A stretch of 64,000 nucleotides of DNA from the human T2T-CHM13v2.0 reference genome, Homo sapiens (GCF_009914755.1 NC_060929.1), one strand, 5' to 3'; positions 1-16,000 are shown, numbered from the stretch's first letter. Notes: generated by a model from the letters alone, not told the origin. A program made the numbers and translations.

Positions 1-299
1 GTGTGCAAAATTTTGCCAGAAACAGGCAATCCTACTGTCCTTCATCAGGACACTCATATTGTTTCAAAGCCGTTGGTGACATTTGGCTGCTTCATTAGAA
101 AACAGATTTTTATATGTGTATTATGTAGGTTGTTTTGTTGTTTTTTAGGGGGCAGGGAGGGAGTCTGAAGTGTCACTTCCTTTCCTAAAGGTCATCCATT
201 TTGGCTCTTATTTAAAGTTCAAAAGTTATAGCCATTGGCCATGGGTTAAGGTGTGTGTCATTTGATTACATTCTGAAAGAGAATTATTAGCTAAATTGA

Positions 300-525
300 G
301 AAGCATAGTAGGTGGCTAAAATTACAGACTCTGGAGCTGCGCTGCTGGGATTCAATTTCTGCTTTCCTCCGCTTACGGGCTTTGTGACCTTGGGCAAGTT
401 GATTAGCTTCCTGGGCTTCAGTTTTATCATCTATAGGAATGGAGATCATAAGTACAGTAATTTCTGAGTGACTTAACGTATTAAAAAGTGCTTCAAATAG
501 TACCCAGCATATAGTAAATACTATT
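300..525 (+). mobile_element. MIR SINE
   Basis: MIR core: gactctggagc...tgtgaccttgggcaagtt...cagttttatcatctatagg. Confidence 0.8.
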
Positions 526-704
526 TAAGTTGGTTTTAGGAGAACTAAACTGAGTGTCTTTTATATTCATGTGAAGAGAAAATTGTCAAATTTAGTTGAA
601 TCTAATTAGAAAGGGAAAAGAGGCAGATTCCCCGATGCATTGTTTCTGAGGCTAAATTCAAGTCTTCCTATGATGAACGTACAGTTTTGTATGTGTGTGT
701 GACT

Positions 705-860
705 AACATTTATTGACACTGACTACTTTCTGTTTAAGTGGTTTATATATTTCATTTAATTCTCACAAAAACCTCATGTTGTAGGTACAATTATTATCCC
801 CATTTCACAAATGAGAAAACTAAAGCTAAGAGTAAGTAAATTTCCAAACCTCCAAGAGCT
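705..860 (-). mobile_element. MIR SINE (antisense)
   Basis: atttaattctcaca...attatccccatttcacaaatgagaaaacta is the reverse complement of the MIR core. Confidence 0.8.
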
Positions 861-894
861 AATAAATGATGTAATACTTAAAAGTTGATGCTTT

Positions 895-2225
<1,331 letters not shown>

Positions 2226-4069
2226 AGGGGAAAGAAGTAATGGAACCGTATACTCGCAGTTGTCAACAAAAAAAGTAAATAAATCTGCCAAGGAGTACAC
2301 TTGGCCTGTGTGGAGGAAATTATTAACATTTTCTGAAGGACATCAAATGATATTAGAATAAATGTCAGAACAAGAAATGTACAATTAAAGTCAGGTTTGT
2401 AAACAAATATATACATGTAGTACAAGTTTTTATAATAATGTATGTATCTAAATGTATAACAATGAGTCAAATGAAACTGGCAAAGTCTGATGGGAAACGT
2501 TTGGTCACATTCTTTTGTGTTTAAATTTTTAAAGAACATGTATCAGTGTATAAGTGATATAAAAATTATTAGAAAATAACGTAATTCATGTATTTTTAAA
2601 AGTTGGTGCTTTTAACTACTGTAATGTCCCCCAAATATGCTTGCAGCTAACTATATAAATACATTTTTATAATAATTATCCCCTTTTTATCAGAATATAG
2701 TAGAGCAAATGAAATATGCTTCATTTAATCCTCACTCCCTGGGTTGTTGGTTTTATGCCATGTTTCAGCCAGAATCAGGAAACTCCAGGGCCTTAAAGAG
2801 GTTTTCTCCTCATAAGTGCTAGTAGTTATTTGTGGCTCAATATTATCCAGACCCAGTGGGAATAGTTTTTATGCCAAAAAAAAAAAAGCAAAAATTTCTC
2901 TAACTTTTTTTACATAACAGCATTGCAAAGGAGAACTCTGGCTCAGCCTCATGGTGATTCCTGGCTTACTGTACGATTTGCTGTAAGAGTGAACATAGCC
3001 ACAGAACAAGACGTGCACCATTGTGCTTTCTAGACAGTGAAGAAAATTTACTCATCTCCATTGCCTGCTGGCCTTGGCATTCCTGTAACTGCTCTCTGTT
3101 CTTATTTAATCCTTAATTAACCTGTCTCATATTATGTATGACTTGTAAGACACCTCTGTTACACACTCAGAAGTTTGAATCTTCAAATAAGATTACTCGG
3201 CAGACATAAATGGAACATTTCCATCTCCTTTTGGCAGTGAGCAGCATTTGCTGTTATATCCCTCTGCATGTGGTGAGATATAGCTGTCTCTGATACCTCA
3301 GGTGAATGACAACACCAGCCTATTATGAGATTTCTCACCTCTGAATTCATGTAGGATTTGCAGTCTATAACACACAGGTTCACACTGATTGTTCTCTAGC
3401 ACTTTTATGTGTGAAGAGGCTGGGAGTACTAGTGTGTCTCCCAAAGTGTGACTCAGAACTGGGCAATAGTAGGCTTAATAAAGAAGAGAATAGAGAGAAA
3501 AGGAGGAAAAGTGTATGATTGCCTTATCTCCCAAATTAGATTGTTGGCTTCTTAGCCCAGACACCATATCCTTTTTTCTGTCTCCTTTAATACTTATTAG
3601 AATATTTGCAAACTGAGTATGCAGTGCCTGCTTATGGCCTAAAGGCCTAAGGTTTTATTTAATGCATAGATTATCTCAAAAAGATCCCATTTCCACTCAC
3701 TTGAACTTAATGCAGCCCAAAGGAAGTAGCATTTTCTGTAAATGTTATTGAAATTTTATTTACACTGAATTGAGGTATCTCTAAATTAGTTTTAGATTGG
3801 CCTCTCATAGAACCGTGATTCTCATTTCAGAGGACAAATCTCTAAACTGGTGATGCAATGAAGATAGTTATGACAACAGAAGTGTATGTAGCTATAAAAC
3901 ATAGATATTACTCTGAAGAAAGTACTAACAGTGAAATCCTATACACGACTAAAGTGTTGCAGTGACTGAAAACTCATTCCGACCAAGGATGATGGCATTT
4001 GGCCCACTGACTAGAGTTGGGAGGTGCATACTATATTGCCATTGTACCTCTGCCAAAAAAATTAGTTGA

Positions 4070-5020
4070 CTATACATATGTGGGTCTGTTTCTAGATCCT
4101 CTCTGTTCTATTCAATTGAGCTACAAACATTTCTACCAATGCTAAACTGTATTGAGAACTGTAGCTTTCTAGTGGGATCTGAAATCAGGTTAGGTAAGTC
4201 CTACAACTTTGTACACCTTTCTTAAAATTACTTTATTTTAGAGCCCCTCATTTCCATATACATTTTAGACTCCATTTATCTAGTTCTACAACACATCAGC
4301 CAGAAATTTTGGTTGTGAGTGCATTAAATCTATACATTAATTTGGGCAGAATTGCCATATTAATATTCACATATTTTTTAATTAATATTCACATGATTTT
4401 TTTCAGTCAAGTTTTGTAGTATAAAGGACTTGTCTTTTGTTAGATTTATTTTTAGATATTTGCCTTATTGGAACTACTGTAAATGGAATTTATTTTCCAG
4501 TTGTTTGCTGCTTACAAGAATACTTTGTGTATTTTTGCAGCCTTGTAAATCATTAATTCTAGTTCTTGTTATAAACATTCCCAAAGATATTCTGTGTAAA
4601 AAACATCAGATTTTCAAATTGAAAAAGACATAAGAGAAAACACAAAATTGAGAGGCAGATATCAGAAAAGTAGTAAAATTGTTTCCAAGAGAACCCTTTG
4701 ACTAGAAGTGGTGAAAACAGGTATCCTTGCTTTGACCTCAATAGAAAAAAATTTAGCCTTTCACCATTTAAGTGTGTAATGTTAGGGATTTAAGTTTTTG
4801 TGTATGCCCTTTGTCAGGTTAAATAAATTCCTTAATATTTCTAGATTGTTTTACCAATGGGTTTGAATATTTGTCCAATGCTTTTTCTGCATCAGTTGGA
4901 ATGATCAAGTTTTTCCCTCCTATGTTCTGTTACTCTAGTGAATAACATCGATTACTTTTAAAATGTTAAACCAACCTTGTGTTACTAGGACAAGCTCCAC
5001 TTGGTTATTTGTTATTTTTG
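4070..5020 (-). mobile_element. Degenerate L1M ORF2 fragments (antisense)
   Basis: Antisense L1 motifs such as tgtgggtctgtttctaga, gcattaaatctata, gctttttctgcatc, atgttaaaccaaccttg. Confidence 0.75.
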
Positions 5021-5027
5021 TATATGA

Positions 5028-5326
5028 CTGTATCTGTAAGTTCCACATCTGTGGATTCAACCATCCAGAGATTTTTTTTTTAAAATGGATAGTTGTGTCT
5101 GTACTAAACATACAAACTTCCTTGTCATCATTCCCTAAATATAACAACTATTACATAGCATTTACAATGTATTATGTATTATAAGTAATCTAGAGATGAT
5201 TTAAAGTATATAGGATCATGTGCATATGCAAATCTACACCATTTTATATCAGGGATTTGAGCATCTTTGGATTTTGGTATCTGAGGGGGGGTCCTGGAAC
5301 CAATCATGGATCCCAAGGGATGGCTG
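5028..5326 (-). mobile_element. MER2 (TcMar-Tigger non-autonomous DNA transposon)
   Basis: tattataagtaatctagagatgatttaaagtata...ggattttggtatc...gtcctggaaccaatc...ggctg followed by TA. Confidence 0.85.
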
Positions 5327-5359
5327 TATATGAATTTGGTTATTGAATGTCCTCCCCAC

Positions 5360-5640
5360 CAGAAATACTTTGGAAGATTAGAGTGGTCAGGAAAGAACTC
5401 TCTGAAGAGAGAGCGTTTGGGCTAAGAATGAATGAAGAGGAGCCAGCTATGCAAAACTGGAAGAACACTGGAGGCAAAGCGGAACAGCTAAGTGCAAAGG
5501 GTATACAGTGCAAACAAGCTTGCCTCATTTAGGGAACTCGTCCTGCATTTGGGGACAAAAAGAAGCCCAGTATGGATGGGATATATTAATGATAGGGAGA
5601 CTGGACAAGATGAGGTGGGCTAGAGAGAGACAGGGCCAGA
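5360..5640 (-). mobile_element. L2 LINE fragment
   Basis: Purine-rich L2-type text gtggtcaggaaag...ctctgaagag...ggaacagctaagtgcaaagg. Confidence 0.6.
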
Positions 5641-5734
5641 TGCAGCAGAAAAAGAGTTGCCAAACTCTCTGGTACCTCAGCCACTTTCCAACCTTTGGGA
5701 AGCCCTAAGAATTGTCTTATCAGAGTCTACTCAG

Positions 5735-5876
5735 TATCTACTAGGCACATGCAGCTATTTAATGTAACTAAAAGTATATAAAATGAAAAATTCAGTTTCT
5801 TGGTCACACTAGCCACATTGCAGGTGTCCAGCAGCACATGTGGCAGATGGCTACTTTATTGGACAATGCTGCTCTA
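5735..5876. mobile_element. MER3-like hAT-Charlie MITE
   Basis: aaattcagtttcttggtcacactagccacatt...cacatgtggc...gctactttattggaca. Confidence 0.7.
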
Positions 5877-6196
5877 GGAAAGCCAAAGGAGAAATAATGC
5901 CAACTTTGCTTAGCCTCTTCTCTGTAATTTTCTCTTTTAAAGCTAGAATCGGTGTTTTTCTATTTAAATGGAAATATATGTGGTACCTAGAAAACTAGCA
6001 TGTGGCCTACTCCATATGCATATGTTCTCATGGATGTTTTTTACCTATGACAGAAAAGATGAGGACTGGTAAATCACAAGCATTCTTAACCTCATTATAA
6101 ATACATTGCAAATGTAAAAATGCAAAGTGTGGAAATCATAAATGTGAAAGTGGCTTTCAATTTGTTTTAATAGGCGTTTTCTGTGTCTTACTGTAA

Positions 6197-6460
<264 letters not shown>

Positions 6461-7193
6461 TGATTTGAGGATCAACACAAATAAGTGAATTTCATACTTT
6501 TAATTTGTTGAAATTATTGATCAGATTTCTATATGTAACATTGCTATATTAAAAAGGTAGATATAAGTACTTTTAAATATGACTATACATCTGAGAAAGA
6601 GTTTTTATACCAAAAAAAAATGACTTTGTAATAGATTATACAGAGTAAGCGTTGCTGTGGCTCTGGACCATTTCTTTCGAATGTCTTATAATTGGTCCAA
6701 TAACCTCATCTGATGTTAGGTTCCTAAAATATTAAGTCAATCAGTTCTTTAGTTTCTCACTCTGAAATCGACATGGTTTCTTAGCATCTCAGTCTGTGGA
6801 ACTGATATAAATCTTGAGCAAAGAAGGAGATGGGAATTACATTTTAAAACGGCAGGGATTTTTTTCACTTGAATTTTTATGCGTCATTGTAATTGGAAAT
6901 AAATATAACTTGCATTATCTGTGGTTGGGATGAAATGGGCCATTACAAGATGGATGACAACTCAAGAATTTAAGAGAAAAAAAAAGTGTGCTTTAAATAA
7001 AATTAGAAATTATATTTTCATTAAGGGAAGCAGCATATGAGCCATGGATTGGTGAATGGGTATGGTATGTTTTGAATAAAAATGTAAAATGATTCTTTGT
7101 TGATTTAAAATGAAAAATTACCTCATTATGGAAACTAATTTGTAAAGCATTTATAAATGCCTTAATTTAATTCCCAAATTAGAGAAAGCTTTT

Positions 7194-7696
7194 TTAAAAA
7201 ATTGAGGTGAAATTCACATACCATAAAATTAATTACTTTAAAGTGAACAATCATTGGCATTTAGTACAGTTCACAATGTTGTATAACCAGTACCTCTAGT
7301 TTCAAAACATTTTCATCACTCCAAAATAAAACCCTGTCACCAATAAGCATCCTCCTCCCATTCTTCCGTTCCGTTGTCCCCTAGTAGCCACCAATCTGCC
7401 TTTTATTTCTGTGGATTTACCTATTCTGGGAATTTCATACAAATGGAATTATACGGTATGCGATATCTTGTGTCTGGCTTATTTTACTTAGCGTAAGATT
7501 TTTGAGGTTCATCCATCTTGTATCATGTATCAGTACTTCATTCCTTTTTAGGACTGAATAATCCATTGTATGGATATACAACCATTTATTTATCCATTTT
7601 TGTATATTTGGGCAGGTTTCAATTATTCTGGGTATATACTAGAAGTCATATGGTAATTTTATGTTTAACTTTTTGAGGAACCACCAAATGTTTTCC
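7194..7696 (-). mobile_element. L1MB-type 3' end fragment with target-site duplication
   Basis: ttgaggtgaaattcacata...ttcacaatgttgt...; flanked by AGAGAAAGCTTTT (7181-7193) and AGATAAAGCTTTT (7697-7709). Confidence 0.8.
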
Positions 7697-8299
7697 AGAT
7701 AAAGCTTTTGAATGTAATTGGTTTGGAAGTTGATTGGGGCTGACCCAGCTACCACAGATGCTAACCCTCACCCTTAGTTTGTCTTTCAGCGTGTCAGCAA
7801 GAGAGGTTCTTTCTTATGAGCTTTCTAGTGATTGCAAGCCAGTTCCACTATTCCTTAGAATCTAGAAAAAATGGCAGAGCTGCTATTTTCCATAGTGATT
7901 CCTCTCTGGGGTGATTGTTGTTATTAACTCTAGGGTCAGATTATATTACTAAGGGGGATGATCACAGGATAAAAGATAGATTATAATACTCAATATTTAC
8001 ACAAAGGTTTTTGTTAGATGACAAAACATTTTCAAGCACTAAGGAAGCTGTAACTGGGCTTGGGAGTCCTTGAATTTGCTCTTAACTCTGCCAGATTCTC
8101 TGTGTTATATAGCCTTTAAAAGTCCTCTTACTCTTAAACAATTTTGCCAAGTAAAATTCTGCCTCTTGATCACGGTATAGTTTTTGAATTTCAAGCTGAC
8201 TAAAGTGTTGTATTTACAAATTAAAGTTTCAATTCTGGATATATCTAACAGCCAGACCCAAAGCATTTTAAGTAAGTAATAAGGACAAGTCAAGTCTAA

Positions 8300-8473
<174 letters not shown>

Positions 8474-8699
8474 TGATCTAGAGTGAGGGACTTTTTTAGT
8501 AGACTTTAGTAAATTTTATGAAACGTAGAACAATTTAGATGACAAGGAAGGAGAGATTTTGATATAGGAGACGTTTATAGTATTTAATACCCAGTCCAAT
8601 GAGAGAGTTCCTGAAAGACTCTACAAGCCTTCTCCTAGCAACCCAGAGAAGTTTAGTTCCCACAGACTACAGTTACTGAAGATTGACTCTAAATCCTAG

Positions 8700-9007
<308 letters not shown>

Positions 9008-9162
9008 CCAATACTTCTTTCATATATGAAAGCAGTATATACTCTTTCTTCACTCTTGTCTCACTCAGAATAGGTGAAACACTCAAATCTCCCATGTAGT
9101 ATGGGGTCGGGGTGGATGAAAGAAACCTCCAGTCCAAGGAACCTCTCTGAAACTGTCTTAGG

Positions 9163-9231
9163 GCCACAGAGCCATGATCATGCCACTACATGCCAGCCTG
9201 GGCAACAGAGCGAGACCCTGTCTCAAGAAAA
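9163..9231 (+). mobile_element. Alu 3' fragment
   Basis: gagccatgatcatgccactac...cagcctgggcaacagagcgagaccctgtctc. Confidence 0.75.
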
Positions 9232-11243
9232 GTGGGGGGTGGGGCATAGAATTAAACCTGTTGTCACTGCGTTATCATAAGTGTTGTTTTTGTATATTTG
9301 GCTTTAAAAAGAAAATCAAGCAATACTAAAGGGCCTTCCCAGCCCTATTGCTAGCCAGATCATTTTCCTTCCTAGATGAAAATACTCTTGATACAGTCTC
9401 ATACTCTTCTCATAAGTGGCTGAGAAATCTTTTTGTATGTGTCTCTCTCATATACTTTAAAAAAAAATACAAAATGGTAGAATACTCAACACCTGTTTGG
9501 CATATATTGCTACCATCCTTAGTCACAGCTGTCACCAAAGGTACTGTTTTTATAAGGGGAAAATAGAATACTGATCTCCAACTAAGAAATCATAAATCAT
9601 CTATTTATCATCAATTATTGAACAGAAATTTTCCTTTTGTCACCTGGGTATTTGGGGCTGATATATCCTCTAATTAGTTATATTAGCATGATGTAACTAA
9701 GTACTGTGAAATGGGAGGGAGGCAGAATTTTTAGTGAACAGGTTTCCCATGCCATTAGCTGCGTGACCCTGGCAAGCCATCAGTTTGTAAGATAAGAACA
9801 ATAGGACCTTTTCCCTATAGAGTATTGTGAAGATCAAGTGAGACATAGAAAAGTAGCCAAATGCTATACAATTGTAAGTTACTCTTGGTCTGTTAAAATT
9901 ACCCAACAAAACCAGGTTCAAAGATCCAGGTTTCAGAGCTAGGTTATAAGCTTTTACTTCCAGAATGTGATCTTGCTTTATATGTAATATGTCTTTATTG
10001 ATCTCTGCCCAGATATTATCTTACAAAATAAGATATGAGTCTGTATAACCTACATTTTCTTAAAGAATTAGTCTTAACTTGTAGCCATAGAATGATTTTC
10101 ATGAAAAGTATTAAATTATTGAATGCCAAGCATGAAATGATAGGCAGACAAGAAAATTAATCTTCCACCCAAAAATGTCCATAATTACTATCTATCTACT
10201 AAGAAGGACGCTACTTCACACAGCTGGAGCTGATAATCAGTTAGTACAACCCCACTCTGATGTCAGAGCAGTTATTATAGCAGGCATACTCTGGTTTTCA
10301 CTAAGTACTTTTTTTTCTTTTTTTAAGAAAGGCCATCCTGTTTTAAAGTAACATGACAGTTTTGGAGGAGGAGTATTTATAAATCCTGCAGTGGCAGAGT
10401 TAAGACAGGAAACCACATGAGGGATAGAAAATGAAATAACTTAAGAAATCTTTAACACCACTGTAAATGGAGTTTAGTTATGATAGTATATGTAAAAGTA
10501 AAAAATACAAATATGTTGGGAACATCTTGGAAACTCTTAGCTTCTTGGAGAGGCTGGAGATTGGAAAAAACTGATCTGCTTCCCCTCCTTTATTCCACGT
10601 CCATCTCCAGAAGACAACCTTGTGCTGGTTTGTATCTTTGTGCTTCTCTAGGAGACTACCAAAAAAATTCTTAGAGCTTAGCTCATGTAGCTCAGTAAAA
10701 CAGGTGCACCTAGGTATTTCAACAAAACAAGGCACCATGTGATTTAAAGACGTTTTTGTTAGCCAGCTATGTTAATTTCCACTGTTTAAAACACACATAA
10801 ATATTTTTCGTAAATGAAACTATCAGAGAAAATGAGACCTTTAAGCATGTAAGAACATCTGTAAACAGCAATGAGTGAAAAAATGAAGAAACTTTCCTAA
10901 TTGCTTTAAGTTTGTTTGTAATTTTAATGGAAAGAAAACGAAGTAGGCGTAAGACAAAATCGCAGGAATCCAACTTGGTTAATCTCCTAGGATTGATAAC
11001 GTAAAAATGTATATCTTTTTAATATAAGCCATCTATCTCATTCAGATACCACAGAGAAAGTAAGCTTGCACACTGGCTGAATATTTATTCTTGGGGGGAG
11101 GGAGAGTGATTTGGAGGCTAGTTTGATTAAACTAGCAGCCTGAAGAATATTTATTTAATTGGTAATATTACTAGACCTGGAATGTAAAACCAGTAAAGAG
11201 AATAGGAAGACTGCATGTCGAACTCATTTGGTAAGTTTAAATA

Positions 11244-11579
11244 CAGTCATGTATCGCTTAATGACAGGGATACACTCTGAGAAATGCGTCGTTACGCAGT
11301 TTCATCATTCCATGATCATAGGGTATACTTACAGAAACCAAGTACACATCTAGGCTACAAACCTATATAGCATGTTACTGTATTGAATACTACAGGTCAT
11401 TTTAACACAATGGTAAGTTTTTGTGTATCTAGACATAGAAAAGGTAATGTGTTATACTATGACATTACCATGGCTACCACATCACTAGGCAATAGGAATT
11501 TTTTAGCTCCATTATACTGGGACCACTGTCATATATGTGCTCCATCATTGACCAAACATCATTATGTGGTGCATGACTG
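11244..11579 (+). mobile_element. Tigger3/MER7-family MITE
   Basis: Terminal inverted repeats CAGTCATG...CATGACTG, TA on the left side, internal ctgagaaatgcgtcgtt and catagaaaaggta motifs. Ends 80 nt upstream of the exon acceptor. Confidence 0.85.
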
Positions 11580-11595
11580 ACACAGACATACATAA

Positions 11596-11829
<234 letters not shown>

Positions 11830-12482
11830 TAGGCAGTGCTTATAGTGTGTCTGCTTGAGGAGGGGTGTGTTAAATACTGTTTGGTTGTGTTATGAGACCA
11901 TCTCTGGGGTTCAGAAGCAGATTTATCTAACATCTCTGCTCTTTATCCAAACACTTTGAAGGATTTCAATGCGAGAGAGAGGTATATAGGCTTTTCTTCC
12001 ACCCTTTCCCTGTCTGGCATGACAGCTGCAGGATTGTGCTGTTCACTGTCGTTAAGAGAAATAGGGTGGTGTTTCTCAAACTCTTGTATTCTATGCCAGA
12101 TAAACCTCCTTTTAAATAATATTCCCAATTGAAATGCAGTTAGTCTTCAGGAAGTCTTTGAGAATATGACAACATTGTAGCACTTCTGAAGAAACCCTTT
12201 GGGGTTCCTAGACCATAGATGGGAATAACTAAGTAATGGTGACAGGCTTGCATGCACTTGTGTAGCATACAGTCTCGACAAAAAGAAAGCTCGTGATAAA
12301 ATACTGTGCCCTAATGTCTGGTCCCCAGTGAGGGGCATGGTTGTAGAAGTGGATGAAGGAAGATGCCTTTCTAACTTCCTTTCTACCTTCTCCTACCTTT
12401 ACACACTACCCAATGCACTGCTGAAACACTGCCAACCAACAGACGGTAAAAGAATATGACTCATATTCATTTTTATTTCCCT

Positions 12483-12538
12483 ATTGAATTCACATTTATA
12501 AAATCCTCATATTGAATTCACATTTATAAAATCCTCAT
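12483..12538. repeat. Perfect 28-bp tandem duplication
   Basis: ATTGAATTCACATTTATAAAATCCTCAT occurs twice, head to tail. Confidence 0.95.
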
Positions 12539-12892
12539 CTTCTCTTCATCTTGAAAAACACAGATGATTTTTTAAAACTGTTCACAGGATCTAATTCTGA
12601 AAGTGAATACTTAGAGCAACTAAAATATGCATTTGTATTGTATCTTACATCAGACTTTCTGAGAAATGAACAAATAAAAAATGTTCTTTGAATTAGAACT
12701 CTAAGACTCTGTAATATTGAATTCTGCATCACCTGTAGAAAATAAAAACTCAGCCTCCCCAGAAATGGATGTTTTGTTTCCATATAACTACAACATAAGG
12801 TACCAAAAGTTAATAACTGCATAATGCCCTGTGTGAACATTTTGTGTCTTACCTCCATTCTAAATTCTGTTCTCCTTCTCTTGGGTCTTCAG

Positions 12893-13035
12893 GATACCGG
12901 ATGTCAGCTCCCCAGCACTGTCCAGAGGATATTTCCAAAATCATGATGAAGTGTTGGGATTATAAACCTGAAAATCGCCCTAAGTTCAGTGAACTTCAGA
13001 AAGAGCTCACTATCATCAAGAGAAAACTCACATAG
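12893..13035 (+). CDS. FER: FER last coding exon, coding part (kinase subdomain XI and stop)
   Basis: Pyrimidine-rich acceptor ...ttgggtcttcag|GA; 143 nt to TAG at 13033-13035. Translates (G)[46 protein letters not shown]. Confidence 0.97.
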
Positions 13036-16000
13036 TGACAGGATGGCGCCAAACTCAGCCTTCAGGACTCTGTCCTCCAGCAGAGTAACATTATTGTTCT
13101 CATTAACAATGAATTTATACCACATTACCTTCGACAGTCTTCTACCATTATTTTTTATTAACTGGGTGTTTTAAAAGTACGTTCCACTTGTAAAAAGTCA
13201 AAGGCAAATTTGTTAAAGAAATAGGCAGTCCTACCAAGGGCTTTCTTAGCTAACCATAGCAATCCTACCATTTCAGGCCATTGCAAATAGAAAAGCACAG
13301 GCTTCTAAGTGTGTGAAGGATAAAAGATCTATCCTATCCTTTTCACACCTTGTTTCTACTTCAGGCACAGTTTGTAGGCTGCCATCCTATGCCACAGACC
13401 CTACTCCGTTGGTGCTATAAACAGCATTGGTAATGCCATGTTTGCAGGACATGTTCCAACCACAGCTGGCTTTCACCTCTGCCAAAGCAGGATTATATTT
13501 GTAAACAAACAAACAGAATTTTATATTGGGAATTATTTGGACCTCCTGAGATTTTTCTTTTCTTTCTTGCCAGGTATAAGCCCAATGTAAGAATCATCAT
13601 GCTCCTACATTATTTGTAAGGTTGTCATTTTCCTCCTCCTTTGTCTGGGCATCAGAAAACAATGCACGTAGGTCGGGCACGGTGGCTCACGCCTGTAATC
13701 CCAGGCATGTAATCTCATGCCTGGGATTACAGGCGTGAGCCACAGTGCCCAGCCCCCTCCCTCCTTTGGGAGGCTGAGGCAGGCGGATCACCTGAGGTCA
13801 GGAGTTCGAGACCAGCCTGGCTTGCATGGTGAAACCCTGTCTCTACCAAAAAAAAAAAAAGAAACACACACACAACGCATGAAACGTCGTCAAAGTTAGA
13901 GTTGAGGCAGTTGCTTTTCAAGGATGTACAGAGAGCTGTGAAGCAAGAAACAGATTTGAACAGGAGGGTGGGCTGGAGAACAGAGCAGCTAAAGAATGAT
14001 TAACAGAGTAAAGAAGAAAGTGAAAATATAAAACCACCTTATCAGAGTTATGCCTTTCTAAACATCTAAACAAACAAACATTCACATATTCTATTCTAAA
14101 AACACATAATAATACATATTCTATTTTATGGTCTGAATTTACCAGAAAGGTCCTAAGAAAAGTTTCAGGAGTTCGTAGAGTCCTCGTAATGGCAACAAAA
14201 ATTTTGAGAGAAACTGCAAAGCACAAATCCACAGAAATAACAGCATACTTTCAGTTAAGCATTTTCACCTTAGAGGGGGCATTCCAAAATGTAATTTCCT
14301 TTATTTGTACCAGTTTTTAGAGCTGTCAGAATTTCATGATTCTAGTTCACCAACACATTCACGTGTGTACATGCGCGTGCACACACACCACCAAGGTGCA
14401 AGACAGATGTGAATGAAGTAGACAGTCTAGAAGTCAGGTGAATATTAATGAGAAATATGACATAGGGACAGCCCTCCCATTTCTACTTCCACCTTCATTG
14501 ACCATTATACTGCCCCCTGGACATTCTTACCATTAGCTGACAGGTATGCAAGCAGAGTGCTGAAGATGTCTCATGTGAATAAAATGTAACTCACTCACTC
14601 AGTTAAAACTAGGATTCTGTATCTTAACTCTTATCTAGGGAACTTACTTACTTACCCCATGATCTGTATATAGTTGCCTCTCAGGATAAATGCATATATA
14701 GAAGATGGTCATGCTCAGGGCTAAATATGTTCTGGAAGCCTTTTATAAGTTCTCAGGCCTGTGTCCTGGTAAACATTACCTTAGTGATTATTTGGTCTGC
14801 ATTCATTGGAAGAGCTTAGGGATAGAAAATGCCTCCTGCCCTCTCCAGCTGTTTGCTGCCTGTACCATCGCACAGAACTCACACCAGTACTTTAGAGTAT
14901 GAAAGATAATACTGAAGAGAAAAGTGACTTGTATCTAACATTTCAATCTCCTTGCAGATTTCATACATACTTAATGATTAGTACATTCAGACTAAAGGGA
15001 AATTTCTTTTGATGGCACGTACTATGGTAAATCAAAGCGCAAACTCAGAAGTGCTATGGTATTGAGGCACTTACCAACCTTCAAAAGTAAGAGTAAAATG
15101 GGATATTCCTACCCTTTTTTTTAGTATTTCTAAGTGAATCTCTGTAATATTCTTTGTCTGTTTAAAGAAAACAGCCTCCCATCTCATAGTGGCTTCATGC
15201 TAAGCTCTCAGCAAGGAGAGAGAATGATGGTTTTGGCTTTAGTTTTATGAACAAGACCTAAAGCTTAATCCTGACATTCTGGTGTTAAGAATGAACACAG
15301 CATTGATATTTCACTTATCCAGGCTGTTAGAATTTGCAGTTCACATCATTACTCTGTGCTTAAATTTAAAAAGCTTTTCAAAACATCGTGACATGTGTAG
15401 CATTTAAATTCCATTTTATTCTTTGTCCTAAAGCAGGCAGTGGTATAGTTCAGGATTAATAACTTATTGGGAGTCTCTCAGTCATATAGAATATTAAATT
15501 TAATATAGTCACATGCATTAAGAAAAACTTACGCAAACAGTTTTTCACTGTTAATTTTGTTGTGCTTGAAGCATAATTTATTCATCCCTTCTGTCACTGA
15601 TAATTAATTATTGGAATTATATACTTTAGGAGGCTAATCCATGCCCAGGAAGCACGAACATACTGTTCAGAATGTGCAAGTTGATGTAGGGAAAGGAAGA
15701 TTCAGAAATGTACAAAATCCTGTGATTTGTTTAGTAAGAAAAGAGTTGTAACCAAAATTTCTTCTGGTCCGGATGTAATTAGTCCAGTCACAAATCTTTG
15801 TGTTGTTAATGGATTATTCAAGATATATATATATATTCTTACTACTGCATAGTTCCTCTCATAAGTCCTTAAATTTATTAAAAGGGGGAGGTAAACACAA
15901 GCAGTCTGTGTCTCACTGGTCACTAAGGGGCCTTTATGAGACAGTTTAGGTTGTTCATCATTTCACAAGGAAAGAAATTTTTCACTGTTAAATTAACATT

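Noticed and set aside
6155-6173. Alternative acceptor ttgttttaatag 28 nt upstream of the exon
   Set aside because: It would shift the frame, and the TTTAAT just before it is better explained as the branch point for the AG at 6200-6201.
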